From: an uncultured Chloroflexia bacterium
GTDB lineage: Bacteria > Chloroflexota > Limnocylindria > QHBO01
DNA: 64,000 nucleotides
Assembly: GCA_963827475.1 (NCBI GenBank)
Contig: CAWHAZ010000007.1
Coordinates: forward strand, 95,776-159,775
Direction of reading: 5' to 3'
Below, one piece after another: positions 1 through 9,809 of this stretch (positions within the stretch are counted from its first letter, which is position 1; each line of letters begins with the position of its first letter). Below the pieces are notes generated by a model, which was given only the letters and a program-made list of their open reading frames with translations, made no database searches and was not told the DNA's origin. The translations under genes were made by a program, and so were the position numbers.

Positions 1-491
1 AGCGCCTGGATGACGCCGATCTTCTGCCGCATCCCGCGGCTGTAGTCGCGCACCCTGCGGCCCAGGTCGCTGCGCGACAGCTGCAGCCGCTCGGCGAGCT
101 CGTCCCGGCGCACCGGCTCTCGCTGCTGGATGTCGGCGTAGTACTCGAGTGACGCGGCCCCGGTGAGGGATCCATACACCGCCATGCCGCCGGGGAGGTA
201 TCCAACCTTGCGACGCAGGGCGACCGAATCGGTCGCGATGTCGTGGCCGAGGACGGTGGCGCTCCCGCTGCTGGCGTGGAGGAAGCCGAGCAGGGTGCGG
301 ATCATCGTCGTCTTGCCGGCGCCATTCGGGCCAAGGAAGCCGAAGATCTCGCCCGGCTCGACGTCCAGGCTGACGTCATTCAGGGCCCGGATCGGCCCGC
401 TGCCGCGACCGGGACGGTGGAGCCCAGCGCCGTAGTGCTTGGTGAGGTGCTCGGCGCGGATGACCGGCTCGGCGGGGGGCGTGGTCAACAC
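1..491 (-). CDS. ABC transporter ATP-binding protein (ABC-2/drug-export type), runs off window start
   Basis: Manual minus-strand translation: ...GEIFGFLGPNGAGKTT (Walker A)...YSRGMRQKIG (signature). GTG start at 491 has TAGGCT 6 nt upstream. Not in ORF track because it is truncated. Confidence 0.9.
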   Translation of the reverse strand, partial: MLTTPPAEPVIRAEHLTKHYGAGLHRPGRGSGPIRALNDVSLDVEPGEIFGFLGPNGAGKTTMIRTLLGFLHASSGSATVLGHDIATDSVALRRKVGYLPGGMAVYGSLTGAASLEYYADIQQREPVRRDELAERLQLSRSDLGRRVRDYSRGMRQKIGVIQA

Positions 492-500
492 ACCCCGAGC

Positions 501-953
501 CTACTGCATCAGGATCGGCTCGGGGCTCACGCCGAGGTCGGCGAATCGCTGGAGGGCTGTCAGGTCGCTGGCGCTGGTGAGGACGGTCCGGGCGCGATCC
601 ATGGACACCCAGCGCAGCTCATCGACCTCGTCACTGGCGGCGAAGGCACCCGAGGTGGCCTGCATCGCCCACCAGCGCACGACCTTCGGCCGGTCCACGC
701 CGTTCACGGGTTTTCGGTAGCGCGTCGTCCCGAGCGGCTCACCGACACGGACGTGGAACCCGGTTTCCTCGAGCACCTCGCGGATGGCGGCGTCCAGGTC
801 CGACTCGCCCTGCGCCAGCTTCCCCTTGGGGAGGCACCAGTCGTCGTAGCGCGGCCGGTGCACGACCGCCAGCTCAATGTCCCAGGCGTCACCTTCGGCA
901 GGGGCGGGACGCCACAGGACGCCGCCCGCCGCCCGGATGAGCGATCCGTTCAC
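501..953 (-). CDS. NUDIX hydrolase (MutT1-like NUDIX domain only)
   Basis: HRPRYDDWCLPKGK and Nudix box GE...AAIREVLEETG; start overlaps the CHAD stop. Confidence 0.9.
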   Translation of the reverse strand: MNGSLIRAAGGVLWRPAPAEGDAWDIELAVVHRPRYDDWCLPKGKLAQGESDLDAAIREVLEETGFHVRVGEPLGTTRYRKPVNGVDRPKVVRWWAMQATSGAFAASDEVDELRWVSMDRARTVLTSASDLTALQRFADLGVSPEPILMQ

Positions 954-2486
954 GGCTCCATCCAGCGCCGGTTACGTGGCCGGCTGACGGACCGCCACGT
1001 GTCGGCGAATCGGCTGCGCCCGTCATGCGCGGCCTGCATCTCCCGCTCGATGACCCGGCCCGCGGCGACGATGAGCTCGAGGTCACCGTCGTGAGCGGCC
1101 GCCGCGGCGTGGGTCTCGGCAACGGCCACCACCGCGTCCTGGTGAGCGCCGAGCAGATCCTGCAGGCCCGCGAGCTCGCCGGCGAAGCCCTGCGCTCCCT
1201 CGGCCCGGTCCGGCGGGAGGCCGCGTGCCGCCAGCTCGGCGCCATACCGCGCGCGCTTGGCGGCGATGCGCACCGCGTGCAGCTCGGCATCGGTCGGATG
1301 CGGGCGAGCGGCGATCTTGTCCGCCCGGCGCTCGAGGCGGCGCCACGACTTTTCGGCGAGCGCCGGCAGGACGTCGCCCGCAGGCTCCATGCCGGCCGCG
1401 CTCAGCTCGGGGTCGCGGGCCAGGACGACGAGGCGCTCGAGGAGCTGGGCATATCGGTCGGAGCGCATTTCTTCAAGAAGCACCGTGCGGGCGGTGGCGT
1501 GCCGCCGGCGCAGGTCGGTGAGCATCGGACCCAGCGGAGTCATCAGGTCGCCGTGAGTAGACACCAGGTGGGTCAAAAGCACGTCAAGGTCGCGCACCGT
1601 GCCCAGCAGCCCGGCCAGCCGCTTCAGGTCTCCGTTCAAGCCGGGCGCCCAGTCCGGGCCGAGGAGGCGGCGCACGGTCCGCAGGTCGCTGCGCAGGCGG
1701 CGCACGCCGACCCGCAACTGGTGGAGTGCCTCCTCGTCGCCGAGCCGGGTGCCGGGGTCGTGCTTCACGATCCGCAGCAGTGCGTCGGCCAGGGCGGCCC
1801 GGACCGCCCATCCGGCGGCGTCCTCGGGGAGGAACTCGCGGAGGACCACGTCCGGGAGCCCGCTGGCGCCCGGGCCGAGCGCCCGAATGGCCTTGGGGAC
1901 GGGCGCCGCTCCGACCGCGCCGGCTGCGATCAGCCTGGCGCTCACTGCGGCCGAGGTCGTCGGGCGACGCGCGTCGAGCCTCCAGCTCCAACTCGGTGAA
2001 TTGGGACGTCACCTCCTCACCGTCCATGACCAGCACGTCGTCGGTCGTGAGCTCGGCCAGGACCTGGCCGTCGAAGGCCACCAGCCGCCATCCGGTGCGC
2101 TGGGTGGCCAGGAACGCGGCAGCCGTGAGCGGGTGCGAACGGGCGTGGGCCGTGACGAGGTCCGCGAGCATGCCGGGCACGACATCGGGCGGCCCCTCGA
2201 CCTCGATCTCGGACCGCGACCCTGGCCGGACACCGTCGCCCGCGGCCGCAGCCGCGGTGGTGCTCAGCGGCAGTCGCAGCGTCCACGGCAGCCGATCCCC
2301 GTCGCCGGTGCGGTGCCGGATGGTGATGCCCCAGCGCGCGAGGCGGCGGTCCACGGTGTCGTAGTACGTCGAGCGCAGCTCGCGGCTGGGCACGGCCTGC
2401 ATCCGCGCAACCGATCCGGCTCCCGTGAGGTCCGGCAGGACGAATGCCGGACCGACCGCGAATTTCAGCTCGAGGTCGTGGCTCAC
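950..2486 (-). CDS. CYTH + CHAD domain protein (frameshift near 1950)
   Basis: N-terminal DLELKF, YYDTVDRRL and ELELE (CYTH) in ORF 1584..2486; LHQLRVGVRRLRS, LHAVRIAAKRARY and LQDLLGAHQD (CHAD) in ORF 950..1945. One extra base joins them. Confidence 0.85.
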
Positions 2487-4603
2487 GCCTGGAGGGTTTG
2501 GCGCATCAGCTCCTCCTGGAGGCTGATCGGTTCACGCCCGCGGGCGACTCGGGCCCACTTGCCGCCCGGCCGCAGCGACCAGGCCTGCAACGTGTCCGCC
2601 CAGGCCAGGTCCAGGATGCCGTCCAGCCGCTCCTGGAGCGCGGGGTCGTCGACGCGGACCAGCGCCTCGAACCGGCGGTCGAGGTTGCGATCCATCATGT
2701 CGGCGCTGCCAATCCAGAACTCGGACGCGTCGCCGCTCCCGAAGCGGTAGATCCTGGAGTGCTCCAGGAATCGGCCGACGATCGAGCGGACGCGGATCGT
2801 CTCGGACAGTCCCACCACGCCGGGCCGAAGAATGCACGGCCCCCGCACCAGGAGGTCCACCTCGACACCGCGCTGGGACGCGGCGTACAGCGCATCCACG
2901 ATCCCCACGTCGACCAGCGCGTTCATCTTCATCGAGATCCGTCCTGGTCGCTTCGCGGTCGAGCGCTCGCCCTCGCGCTCGATCATCTCCACCATCCGCC
3001 GCCGCAGGTTGAGCGGCGCAACGATCAGGGCGTCGTATTCCGAGCGGCGCGAGTAGCCGGTCAGCATGTTGAAGAGGTGGGTGACGTCCTCGGTCAACTG
3101 CTCGTCCGCGGTCAGCAGGCCGAGGTCCTCGTAGATCCGGGCCGTGGCAGGGTGGTAGTTGCCGGTGCCGATGTGGACATAGCGACGGACGAGGCTGCCC
3201 TCCTGGCGCACGACCAGGCTGACCTTGCAGTGGGTCTTCAGACCGATGAGTCCGTACACGACATGGCAGCCGGCCTGCTCCAGCTTCCGGGCCCAGGCGA
3301 TGTTCGCCTCCTCGTCCAGGCGGGCCTTGAGCTCGACCAGGACCACGACCTGCTTGCCGGCCGCGGCCGCCCGGATCAGGGCGTCCACGATCGGGCTTTC
3401 GCCCGACGTTCGGTACAGCGTCTGCTTGATGGCCAAGACCGATGGGTCCGTCGCTGCCTGGGCGATGAACGCCTGAACGGTGCCGGCGAAGGAGTCGTAC
3501 GGGTGGTGGACGAGGATGTCGCCGGCGCGCAGGGCGCCGAAAACATCGGCCGGGCCTTCGGTGGTCGGGGCCAGCTCTCGGGGAATGACCGGATGGAACG
3601 GCGCGGGCTTGAGATCCGGCCGCTCGAGATTGACCAGGCTCCACAGGTCGGCCAGACCCAACGGCGCGGGAAGCTCGTGGACGTCCGCCGTCCCCATCTG
3701 CATCTCCCGCGTCAGCAGCGCGATGACGTGGTCGGGCATCCCCTGCTCGACCTCGAGCCGGACGGCTCGCGAGAACCGGAGCCGGCGCAGCTCCTCCTCG
3801 ATCGTCTCCAGCAGGTCCTCCGCCTCGTCGTCGTCGATCTCGAGGTCGGAGTGGCGGGTCACACGGAAGCTCCACGACTCGGCGATGACCATGCCGGGGA
3901 ACAGGCTGTCGAGGTTGGCGGCGATCACGTCCTCGAGAGGCACCCAGGCCGGCCCGTGCCCGTTGCCCTCAGCGAACATGAAGCGCGGCAGGAGCGGCGG
4001 CACCTTGATCCGGGCGAACAGCCGGCGGCGACTCGCCTGGTCGCGCACGAGCACGGCCAGGTTGAGCGACAGGTTCGAGATGTACGGGAACGGGTGCGCG
4101 GGGTCGACCGCCAGCGGGGTGAGGACCGGGAAGATCTGGACCTCGAACGTCTCGCGCAGCGCGGCCTGCGCGTCGTCGTCGAGATCGGACCAGTGGACGA
4201 TCGGGATCCCGGCTTCCGCGAGCGCCGGCCGGAGCTCATCGGTGAACAGTGCCGCATGACGGGCGGCGAGCTTTCGCACGCGCCGGTCGATGCGGGCCAG
4301 CTGCTGGGCAGCAGTGAGGCCGTCGGGCGAGGCGGTGAGCGTTCCGGCGGCGACCTGCCGTTTCAGGCCGGCAACCCGGACCTGGTAGAACTCGTCGAGG
4401 CTGCCGGCCACGATGGCGGCGAACTTCGCCCGCTCCAGCACGGGCGAGTCGGGATTCTCGGCCTGCGCCAGCACGCGCTCCAGGAACTGGAGGGTGGACA
4501 GCTCACGGTTGAGGTACCGATCCGGGGCAGCCGGCTCCGATCGGGTCGCGGCAGCTGGGCGTGCCCCGACCGCCGGGCTCCGCGGTCGTGTGAGGGTGGC
4601 CAT
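2483..4603 (-). CDS. ppk1: Polyphosphate kinase 1
   Basis: YLNRELSTL, DPAHPFPYISNLSLN, HHPYDSF, KQTLYRT, KTHCK, GRFLEHSR, SADMMDRNLDRR. ATG 4603 chosen because it lies just downstream of a sigma70 promoter. Confidence 0.97.
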   Translation of the reverse strand: MATLTRPRSPAVGARPAAATRSEPAAPDRYLNRELSTLQFLERVLAQAENPDSPVLERAKFAAIVAGSLDEFYQVRVAGLKRQVAAGTLTASPDGLTAAQQLARIDRRVRKLAARHAALFTDELRPALAEAGIPIVHWSDLDDDAQAALRETFEVQIFPVLTPLAVDPAHPFPYISNLSLNLAVLVRDQASRRRLFARIKVPPLLPRFMFAEGNGHGPAWVPLEDVIAANLDSLFPGMVIAESWSFRVTRHSDLEIDDDEAEDLLETIEEELRRLRFSRAVRLEVEQGMPDHVIALLTREMQMGTADVHELPAPLGLADLWSLVNLERPDLKPAPFHPVIPRELAPTTEGPADVFGALRAGDILVHHPYDSFAGTVQAFIAQAATDPSVLAIKQTLYRTSGESPIVDALIRAAAAGKQVVVLVELKARLDEEANIAWARKLEQAGCHVVYGLIGLKTHCKVSLVVRQEGSLVRRYVHIGTGNYHPATARIYEDLGLLTADEQLTEDVTHLFNMLTGYSRRSEYDALIVAPLNLRRRMVEMIEREGERSTAKRPGRISMKMNALVDVGIVDALYAASQRGVEVDLLVRGPCILRPGVVGLSETIRVRSIVGRFLEHSRIYRFGSGDASEFWIGSADMMDRNLDRRFEALVRVDDPALQERLDGILDLAWADTLQAWSLRPGGKWARVARGREPISLQEELMRQTLQA

Positions 4604-4613
4604 TGGGCTCCGT

Positions 4614-4642
4614 AGCGTACGCAGCCGGTGGGAAGGGGTCAA
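4614..4642 (-). promoter_or_regulatory. sigma70-type promoter of ppk1 operon
   Basis: Minus strand TTGACC (4642-4637), 17-nt spacer, TACGCT (4619-4614), 10 nt before ATG 4603. Confidence 0.7.
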
Positions 4643-4650
4643 TGAACGGC

Positions 4651-4678
4651 GGTCCGGGGGACAACCGTCCCCCGGACC
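4651..4678. terminator. Perfect 12-bp hairpin, likely terminator of the 4712..5296 gene
   Basis: GGTCCGGGGGAC-AACC-GTCCCCCGGACC. Confidence 0.6.
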
Positions 4679-4711
4679 AGCGGGGTTTGCGGCGGGTCCG
4701 GCCCGCGGCGG

Positions 4712-5296
4712 CTATCCCTGGGCGGAAGCTTCCCGCCGTCGGTTCCTGGCCACGATCCCCCCACCGAGCGCGGCGGCCAGCGTGGCGATTGCGGCCAGCG
4801 CCACCCACGGCAGGACGGGGAGCCCCGGGATCGCCGACGGGGCCCCAGCGGGTGGTGCCGCCCGAGGCCCGACCAGGATCGGGTCGAGGGTCAAGCTGCC
4901 GGCGAAGTCCGGACCGGCAATGTCGGCGGCGAGCGCCCAGGTTCCTCCGGCCGGCAGCTCGACGGTCGCCTCCCAGCGGCCGACGAGCGACGTCGGCGTG
5001 GCGTCGACCCGCAGCACGGTGCCGTCGCCCACACTGCTGAACACGATCGCGACGTGGTCCGCCGCGTACGGCACCTCGCCGTCGTGGATCCAGACCCCCA
5101 CCGTCTCGGTCGAGCCGGCGGTCACGGATCCGCCGGGATCGAAGGTCGCAACCACGCCAGCCGGGCAGACCTCTTCCGGATTGTGCTGGCACTTGCCCAG
5201 CACGCCCCCGGCCGTGGCCAGGACCAGGCCGGTGGCGGCGACCAGCGGCACGAGCGCTCGCCGGACGAGCGCGAGCTGGCGAATGGAATGTGACAC
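4712..5296 (-). CDS. Exported/membrane-anchored hypothetical protein (signal peptide, Ig/YtkA-like middle, C-terminal TM with RNRRR tail)
   Basis: GTG 5296 with GAGGAG SD; hydrophobic N-terminus, CQHNPEEVC, C-terminal TM helix. Confidence 0.7.
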   Translation of the reverse strand: MSHSIRQLALVRRALVPLVAATGLVLATAGGVLGKCQHNPEEVCPAGVVATFDPGGSVTAGSTETVGVWIHDGEVPYAADHVAIVFSSVGDGTVLRVDATPTSLVGRWEATVELPAGGTWALAADIAGPDFAGSLTLDPILVGPRAAPPAGAPSAIPGLPVLPWVALAAIATLAAALGGGIVARNRRREASAQG

Positions 5297-5335
5297 GGCA
5301 GGCTCCTCATCGGTGCAGAGGTGGTGATGCGACCC

Positions 5336-5363
5336 ATACACCGGGGCCTCGCCCCCGGTTCCC
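5336..5363 (-). promoter_or_regulatory. ECF-type promoter (GGGAACCGG-N11-CGGTGTAT) for the 4712..5296 gene
   Basis: Same motif and spacing as 5402..5429, on the opposite strand. Confidence 0.75.
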
Positions 5364-5401
5364 CGGAGGGCGAACTCCATACTGCCCCGATGCGCGGTGT
5401 C

Positions 5402-5429
5402 GGGAACCGGTCGGGACCCAGCGGTGTAT
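5402..5429 (+). promoter_or_regulatory. ECF-type autoregulatory promoter (GGGAACCGG-N11-CGGTGTAT) of the sigma factor
   Basis: GGAAC -35 and TGTAT -10 directly upstream of the ECF gene. Confidence 0.75.
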
Positions 5430-5441
5430 CGGTCCTGCCGG

Positions 5442-5999
5442 GTGGAGGGCTGTCCACTGTCCGACAGTGAGTTGATGGAACGGGCGCGGCGCGGAGACGT
5501 CGCGGCCTACGAGGAGCTCGTGCGCCGATACGAGGAAGTCGCCTTTCGGACCGCCTTCCTGGTGTGCGGCGATGCCGACGAGGCTCGCGACGCCGCCCAG
5601 GAAGGGTTCGTCCGTGCCTGGCGGGCGCTGCCGCGCTTTCGGAGCGGGGCGGAGCCGCGTCCGTGGCTGCTGCGCATCGTGGCCAACGCCGCTCGCAACC
5701 GTCGGCGTGGCTCGTCGCGGCAGGCCGCGCTGGGCCTCCGCCTGGCGGAGGACCCCCTCTCGGGCGGTGCAGCCCCATCGCCCGAGGGGTCGGTCCTGGC
5801 CGGGGAGCGGCGCGAGGCGCTGCTGGCCGCCATCGAGCGGCTGCGTCCCGAGGACCGGCTGGTGATCAGCCTTCGCTGGTTCGTGGAGCTCGACGAGGCG
5901 GAAATGGCGGCCGCGCTCGACGTCCCGCGGGGGACGGTGAAGTCCCGGCTGTCACGGGCCATGGGCCGGCTGCGGAACGAGGTCGGGACCGATGTCTGA
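5442..5999 (+). CDS. ECF RNA polymerase sigma factor
   Basis: GDVAAYEELVRRY, DAAQEGFVRAW, WLLRIVAN (region 2); GTVKSRLSRA (region 4.2). Start is uncertain (GTG 5442 or ATG 5475). Confidence 0.93.
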   Translation: MEGCPLSDSELMERARRGDVAAYEELVRRYEEVAFRTAFLVCGDADEARDAAQEGFVRAWRALPRFRSGAEPRPWLLRIVANAARNRRRGSSRQAALGLRLAEDPLSGGAAPSPEGSVLAGERREALLAAIERLRPEDRLVISLRWFVELDEAEMAAALDVPRGTVKSRLSRAMGRLRNEVGTDV

Positions 6000-6784
6000 C
6001 CGATTCGCGCGCTCGCCGGAGGCCGCCCGTGAGGCCGCCCTGGCGTCCGCCCTGACCGACCTCGCCGCCACGGTGCTCTTCCCGCCGACGCCGCGGCTGT
6101 CCGACGTCCGTGGTCGCGGAGCTGCTGCAGCCCGCCCGCGGCGGATGGTGGCCGCGACCCGCGTCCATCGGCCGTGCCCTCGTCCTCGGCTCGGCGGCGG
6201 CCGTCCTGGCCGTCGGCGTGGTCGGTGCGATCGGCATCGGTCTCGGTGCGATCCGGATCAACTTCGCGGACGGGACACCGCTGCCCACCCCGGTTGGATC
6301 GGTCCCCAACCGGGGTTTCGGGCAGCCCGTCACCCTGGACGAGGCGCAGGCCGCGGTCCCGTTCGACATCCGGCTGCCCGACGATCCGGAGCTCGGCGAC
6401 CCGGACGGCGTGTATCTCGCCCCGGTCCCGGCCGGCGGAACGGTGACCCTGGCCTGGGGCGATCGGCCCTCCTTCCCGGCGGACGAGGACGGCATCGGGC
6501 TGGTCATCACCCAGTTCCGCGCCGACATCGGTCCGGAGACCTTCGAGAAGCTGATCCTGGAGGGAACGAGCGTCGAGAAGGTGACGGTCAACGGCCAGCC
6601 GGGCTGGTGGGTGGAAGGCGGCGTCCACGCGTTCTTCTACCGCGACGCCACCGGCGAGATCGTGGACACCACCCTGCGACTGGTCGGCTCGACGCTGCTG
6701 TGGGAGGAGGCCGGCGTCGCCTACCGGGTCGAGGGGGCGCCGAGCCTGCAGGCCGCGCAGAAGGTCGCCGCGTCCCTCCGCTGA
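5992..6784 (+). CDS. Putative single-pass anti-sigma factor (frameshift near 6105)
   Basis: Overlaps the sigma stop; short N-terminus, one TM helix (ALVLGSAAAVLAVGVVGAIGIGLG), extracytoplasmic domain. Confidence 0.65.
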
Positions 6785-6906
6785 CGCCGTCCTCGCCGAT
6801 GCCCGGAGGCGGCAGAGGCCCATGCTAGACTCCGAACCACCGGCCGCCATCCCGCTTCGGAGGCGGTCGTCCGTCTGCCTTCCACCTTCCAGGGATCCTG
6901 TCCTTC

Positions 6907-8070
6907 ATGAAGATCGCCGTCCCGCGCGAAACCGCCGAAGGCGAGGCACGCGCGGCCCTCACTCCGCAGATCGCCGGCCAGCTCGTCGCGGCCGGCAACG
7001 AGGTGCTGGTCCAGGCCCGCGCCGGTGAGGCGGCACACTTCTCGGACGCGGCATATGCCGAGGCGGGCGCCACCATCGTTCCCGACGTCGCCGCCCTGTA
7101 CGGCCAGGCGGAGCTCGTGCTGCGCGTCGGCCGGCCGACCGACGAGGAGATCGACATGCTGCGGCCGGATGCGGTGCTGATCGGCACGCTGGGAACCCTC
7201 TCCAACCCGAAGCTGGCCGAGCGGCTGGCGGAGCGGGGGATCACCGCCATCAGCATGGATGCCATTCCCCGCATCACCCGCGCCCAGTCCATGGACTCGC
7301 TCTCGTCGCAGAGCACGGTCGGCGGGTACAAGGCGGTTCTCCTGGCCGCGACCCGGCTGCCGAAGTTCTTCCCGCTGCTCACCACCGCGGCGGGCACCGT
7401 CCGTCCGGCTCGGGGACTGATCATGGGGGCGGGGGTGGCAGGGCTGATGGCCATCGGTACCGCCCGGCGGCTGGGTGCGGTGGTGGAGGCGTTCGACGTG
7501 CGGCCGGTGGTCAAGGAGCAGGTCGAAAGCCTGGGGGCCACCTTCGTCGAGGTGCCGATGACCGACGAGGAGAAGGCGTCGGCCCAGACCGCGGGTGGCT
7601 ACGCCCGCGAGATGAGCGAGGACTACCAGCGGCGGCAGCGGGAGCTGATCGCCGAGCGGGTGCAGGCTGCCGACTTCGTCATCACCACCGCCCTCATCCC
7701 CGGCCGCCCCGCGCCCAAGCTCATCACCGCCGACATGGTGCGGACCATGCAGGCGGGGAGCGTGATCGTGGACATGGCCGCCGAGGCAGGAGGCAACACC
7801 GAGCTGACCGAGCCCGGCAAGGAGGTCGTGGTCGACGGGGTGACGATCATCGGCCTCACCAACCTGCCGGCCACGGTCCCGACCCACGCCACCCAGATGT
7901 ACGCCAAGAACGTCCAGACCCTGGTCGACCACCTCGTGCACGAGGGCAAGCTGACCCTGGACCTGGAAGACGAGATCACGAAGGGCGCGACGATCACCCA
8001 CGGCGGCAAGGTCGTCCACGAGGCGACCGCGGCCGCCCTGGCCGCGCAGTCGGGGGAGGCCAGGCCATGA
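6907..8070 (+). CDS. pntA: NAD(P) transhydrogenase subunit alpha part 1
   Basis: MKIAVPRE, IPRITRAQSMD, GAGVAGL, ITTALIPGRPAP. Confidence 0.96.
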   Translation: MKIAVPRETAEGEARAALTPQIAGQLVAAGNEVLVQARAGEAAHFSDAAYAEAGATIVPDVAALYGQAELVLRVGRPTDEEIDMLRPDAVLIGTLGTLSNPKLAERLAERGITAISMDAIPRITRAQSMDSLSSQSTVGGYKAVLLAATRLPKFFPLLTTAAGTVRPARGLIMGAGVAGLMAIGTARRLGAVVEAFDVRPVVKEQVESLGATFVEVPMTDEEKASAQTAGGYAREMSEDYQRRQRELIAERVQAADFVITTALIPGRPAPKLITADMVRTMQAGSVIVDMAAEAGGNTELTEPGKEVVVDGVTIIGLTNLPATVPTHATQMYAKNVQTLVDHLVHEGKLTLDLEDEITKGATITHGGKVVHEATAAALAAQSGEARP

Positions 8071-8384
8071 CCGAGACCCTCGAGCCCCAGGCCCTGGTCG
8101 ACGCCCTGTTCATCCTCGTCCTGGCCGCCTTCGTCGGCTACGAGATCGTGAGCAAGGTCCCGACCATGCTCCACACCCCGCTGATGTCGGGGGCGAACGC
8201 GGTCCACGGCGTGATCGTGGTCGGGGCGATCATCGTGACCGCCACCGCGGAGTCGCCGCTCCAGCTGGGCCTCGGCCTGGCCGGCGTCATCCTGGGCACG
8301 ATCAACGTGGTCGGCGGATTCGTCGTCACCGATCGGATGCTCGAGATGTTCCGCGGCCGACGGGACGGCGAGAAGAAGCCATGA
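8067..8384 (+). CDS. pntA: NAD(P) transhydrogenase subunit alpha part 2
   Basis: LHTPLMSGANAVHG, INVVGGFVVTDRMLEMF. Confidence 0.95.
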   Translation: MTETLEPQALVDALFILVLAAFVGYEIVSKVPTMLHTPLMSGANAVHGVIVVGAIIVTATAESPLQLGLGLAGVILGTINVVGGFVVTDRMLEMFRGRRDGEKKP

Positions 8385-9805
8385 CCGAGGACATGACCAT
8401 CCTCGACCTGGCGACCTACGCGGTCTACCTCGTCGCATCGGTCAGCTTCATCCTGGCCCTGAAGTTCCTCGCCTCGCCGAAGACCGCCCGGACCGGGAAC
8501 CTGCTCGGCGCGGCCGGCATGGCGCTGGTCGTGGGCTGGACGATCGCGACCACCGAGGGGCTGCTCGACAACTGGTGGGTGATCGCCGTCGGCGGCCTGA
8601 TCGGGACCGTGATCGGCGTGATCGGTGCTCGCCGGGTCCCGATGACGGCCATGCCCCAGATGGTCGCCATCTTCAACGGCGCCGGGGGTGGGGCTGCGGC
8701 GGTGGTGGCGGTCTCCGAGTTCCTGACGGCTACCGGCGAAGGCGGCCCTGGCGCGGGCCTGTTGCCGACCATTCCCATGATCGCCACCCTGCTCGGCGCA
8801 GTCATCGGTTCGGTGTCCCTCACCGGATCGGTCATTGCCTTCGGCAAGCTCCAGGGCTTCATCGCCGCCCGGCCGGTGACCTATCCCGGCTCGCGACTGG
8901 TGGCCGGGATCCTGCTGGCGGCGCTGCTGGTGATGGCCGTCGCGCTCGCCTTCGTCACCAACGACGTGACCCTGTTCCTCGTCTTCGTCGCCCTGGCCCT
9001 CGTGGCCGGGGTGCTGATCGTGATGCCCATCGGCGGGGCGGACATGCCGGTCGTGATCAGCCTCCTGAACTCGTACACCGGCATCGCGGTGGCGGCCACC
9101 GGGTTCGTGCTCGGCAACTACGCCCTGCTCATCGCCGGAACCCTGGTCGGAGCTTCGGGCGCGATCCTCACCCAGCTCATGTGCCGGGCCATGAACCGCT
9201 CGCTGCTCAACGTCCTGTTCGGGGCGTTCGGGACCGGGGGCGGGGCACAGGTCGCCGGCGCGGCGGGAGAGCAGAACGTCCGCACCATCAACGCGGAGGA
9301 CGCCGCGGTGCTGATGGCGTATGGCAAGAGCGTGATCATCGTTCCCGGCTACGGGATGGCGGTGGCCCAGGCCCAGACCCCGGTCCGCGAGCTGATGGAC
9401 CTGCTGCTGGCGAAGGGCGTAGACGTCCAGTTCGCCATCCACCCGGTCGCCGGGCGGATGCCGGGCCACATGAACGTGCTGCTGGCCGAGGCCAACGTCC
9501 CGTACGAGCGGCTCAAGGAGATGGACGAGATCAACGACGACTTTACGAACGCCGATGTCGCACTCGTGATCGGCGCCAACGACGTCACCAACCCGGCGGC
9601 CCGGACCGATACGACCTCACCGATCTACGGCATGCCGATCCTCAACGTGGACCATGCCCAGAACGTGATCGTCCTGAAGCGGTCGATGGCGGCCGGTTTC
9701 GCGGGCATCGACAACCCGCTGTACGGCGATCCGAAGACGGCGATGCTGTTCGGGGACGCCAAGTCGACGGTCCAGGCCCTGGTCGCCGGGGTCAAGTCCG
9801 CCTGA
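8381..9805 (+). CDS. pntB: NAD(P) transhydrogenase subunit beta
   Basis: MPQMVAIFNG, IGGADMPVVISLLNSY, IHPVAGRMPGHMNVLLAEA, GANDVTNPAA. Confidence 0.97.
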   Translation: MTEDMTILDLATYAVYLVASVSFILALKFLASPKTARTGNLLGAAGMALVVGWTIATTEGLLDNWWVIAVGGLIGTVIGVIGARRVPMTAMPQMVAIFNGAGGGAAAVVAVSEFLTATGEGGPGAGLLPTIPMIATLLGAVIGSVSLTGSVIAFGKLQGFIAARPVTYPGSRLVAGILLAALLVMAVALAFVTNDVTLFLVFVALALVAGVLIVMPIGGADMPVVISLLNSYTGIAVAATGFVLGNYALLIAGTLVGASGAILTQLMCRAMNRSLLNVLFGAFGTGGGAQVAGAAGEQNVRTINAEDAAVLMAYGKSVIIVPGYGMAVAQAQTPVRELMDLLLAKGVDVQFAIHPVAGRMPGHMNVLLAEANVPYERLKEMDEINDDFTNADVALVIGANDVTNPAARTDTTSPIYGMPILNVDHAQNVIVLKRSMAAGFAGIDNPLYGDPKTAMLFGDAKSTVQALVAGVKSA

Positions 9806-9809
9806 CCAA

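Noticed and set aside
2444-4615. Long antisense/alternate-frame ORFs (also 28704..31109, 49418..51289, 54547..56343 and many more)
   Set aside because: Shadow ORFs expected in high-GC DNA; Arg/Pro/Gly-rich with no motifs and opposite clear genes.
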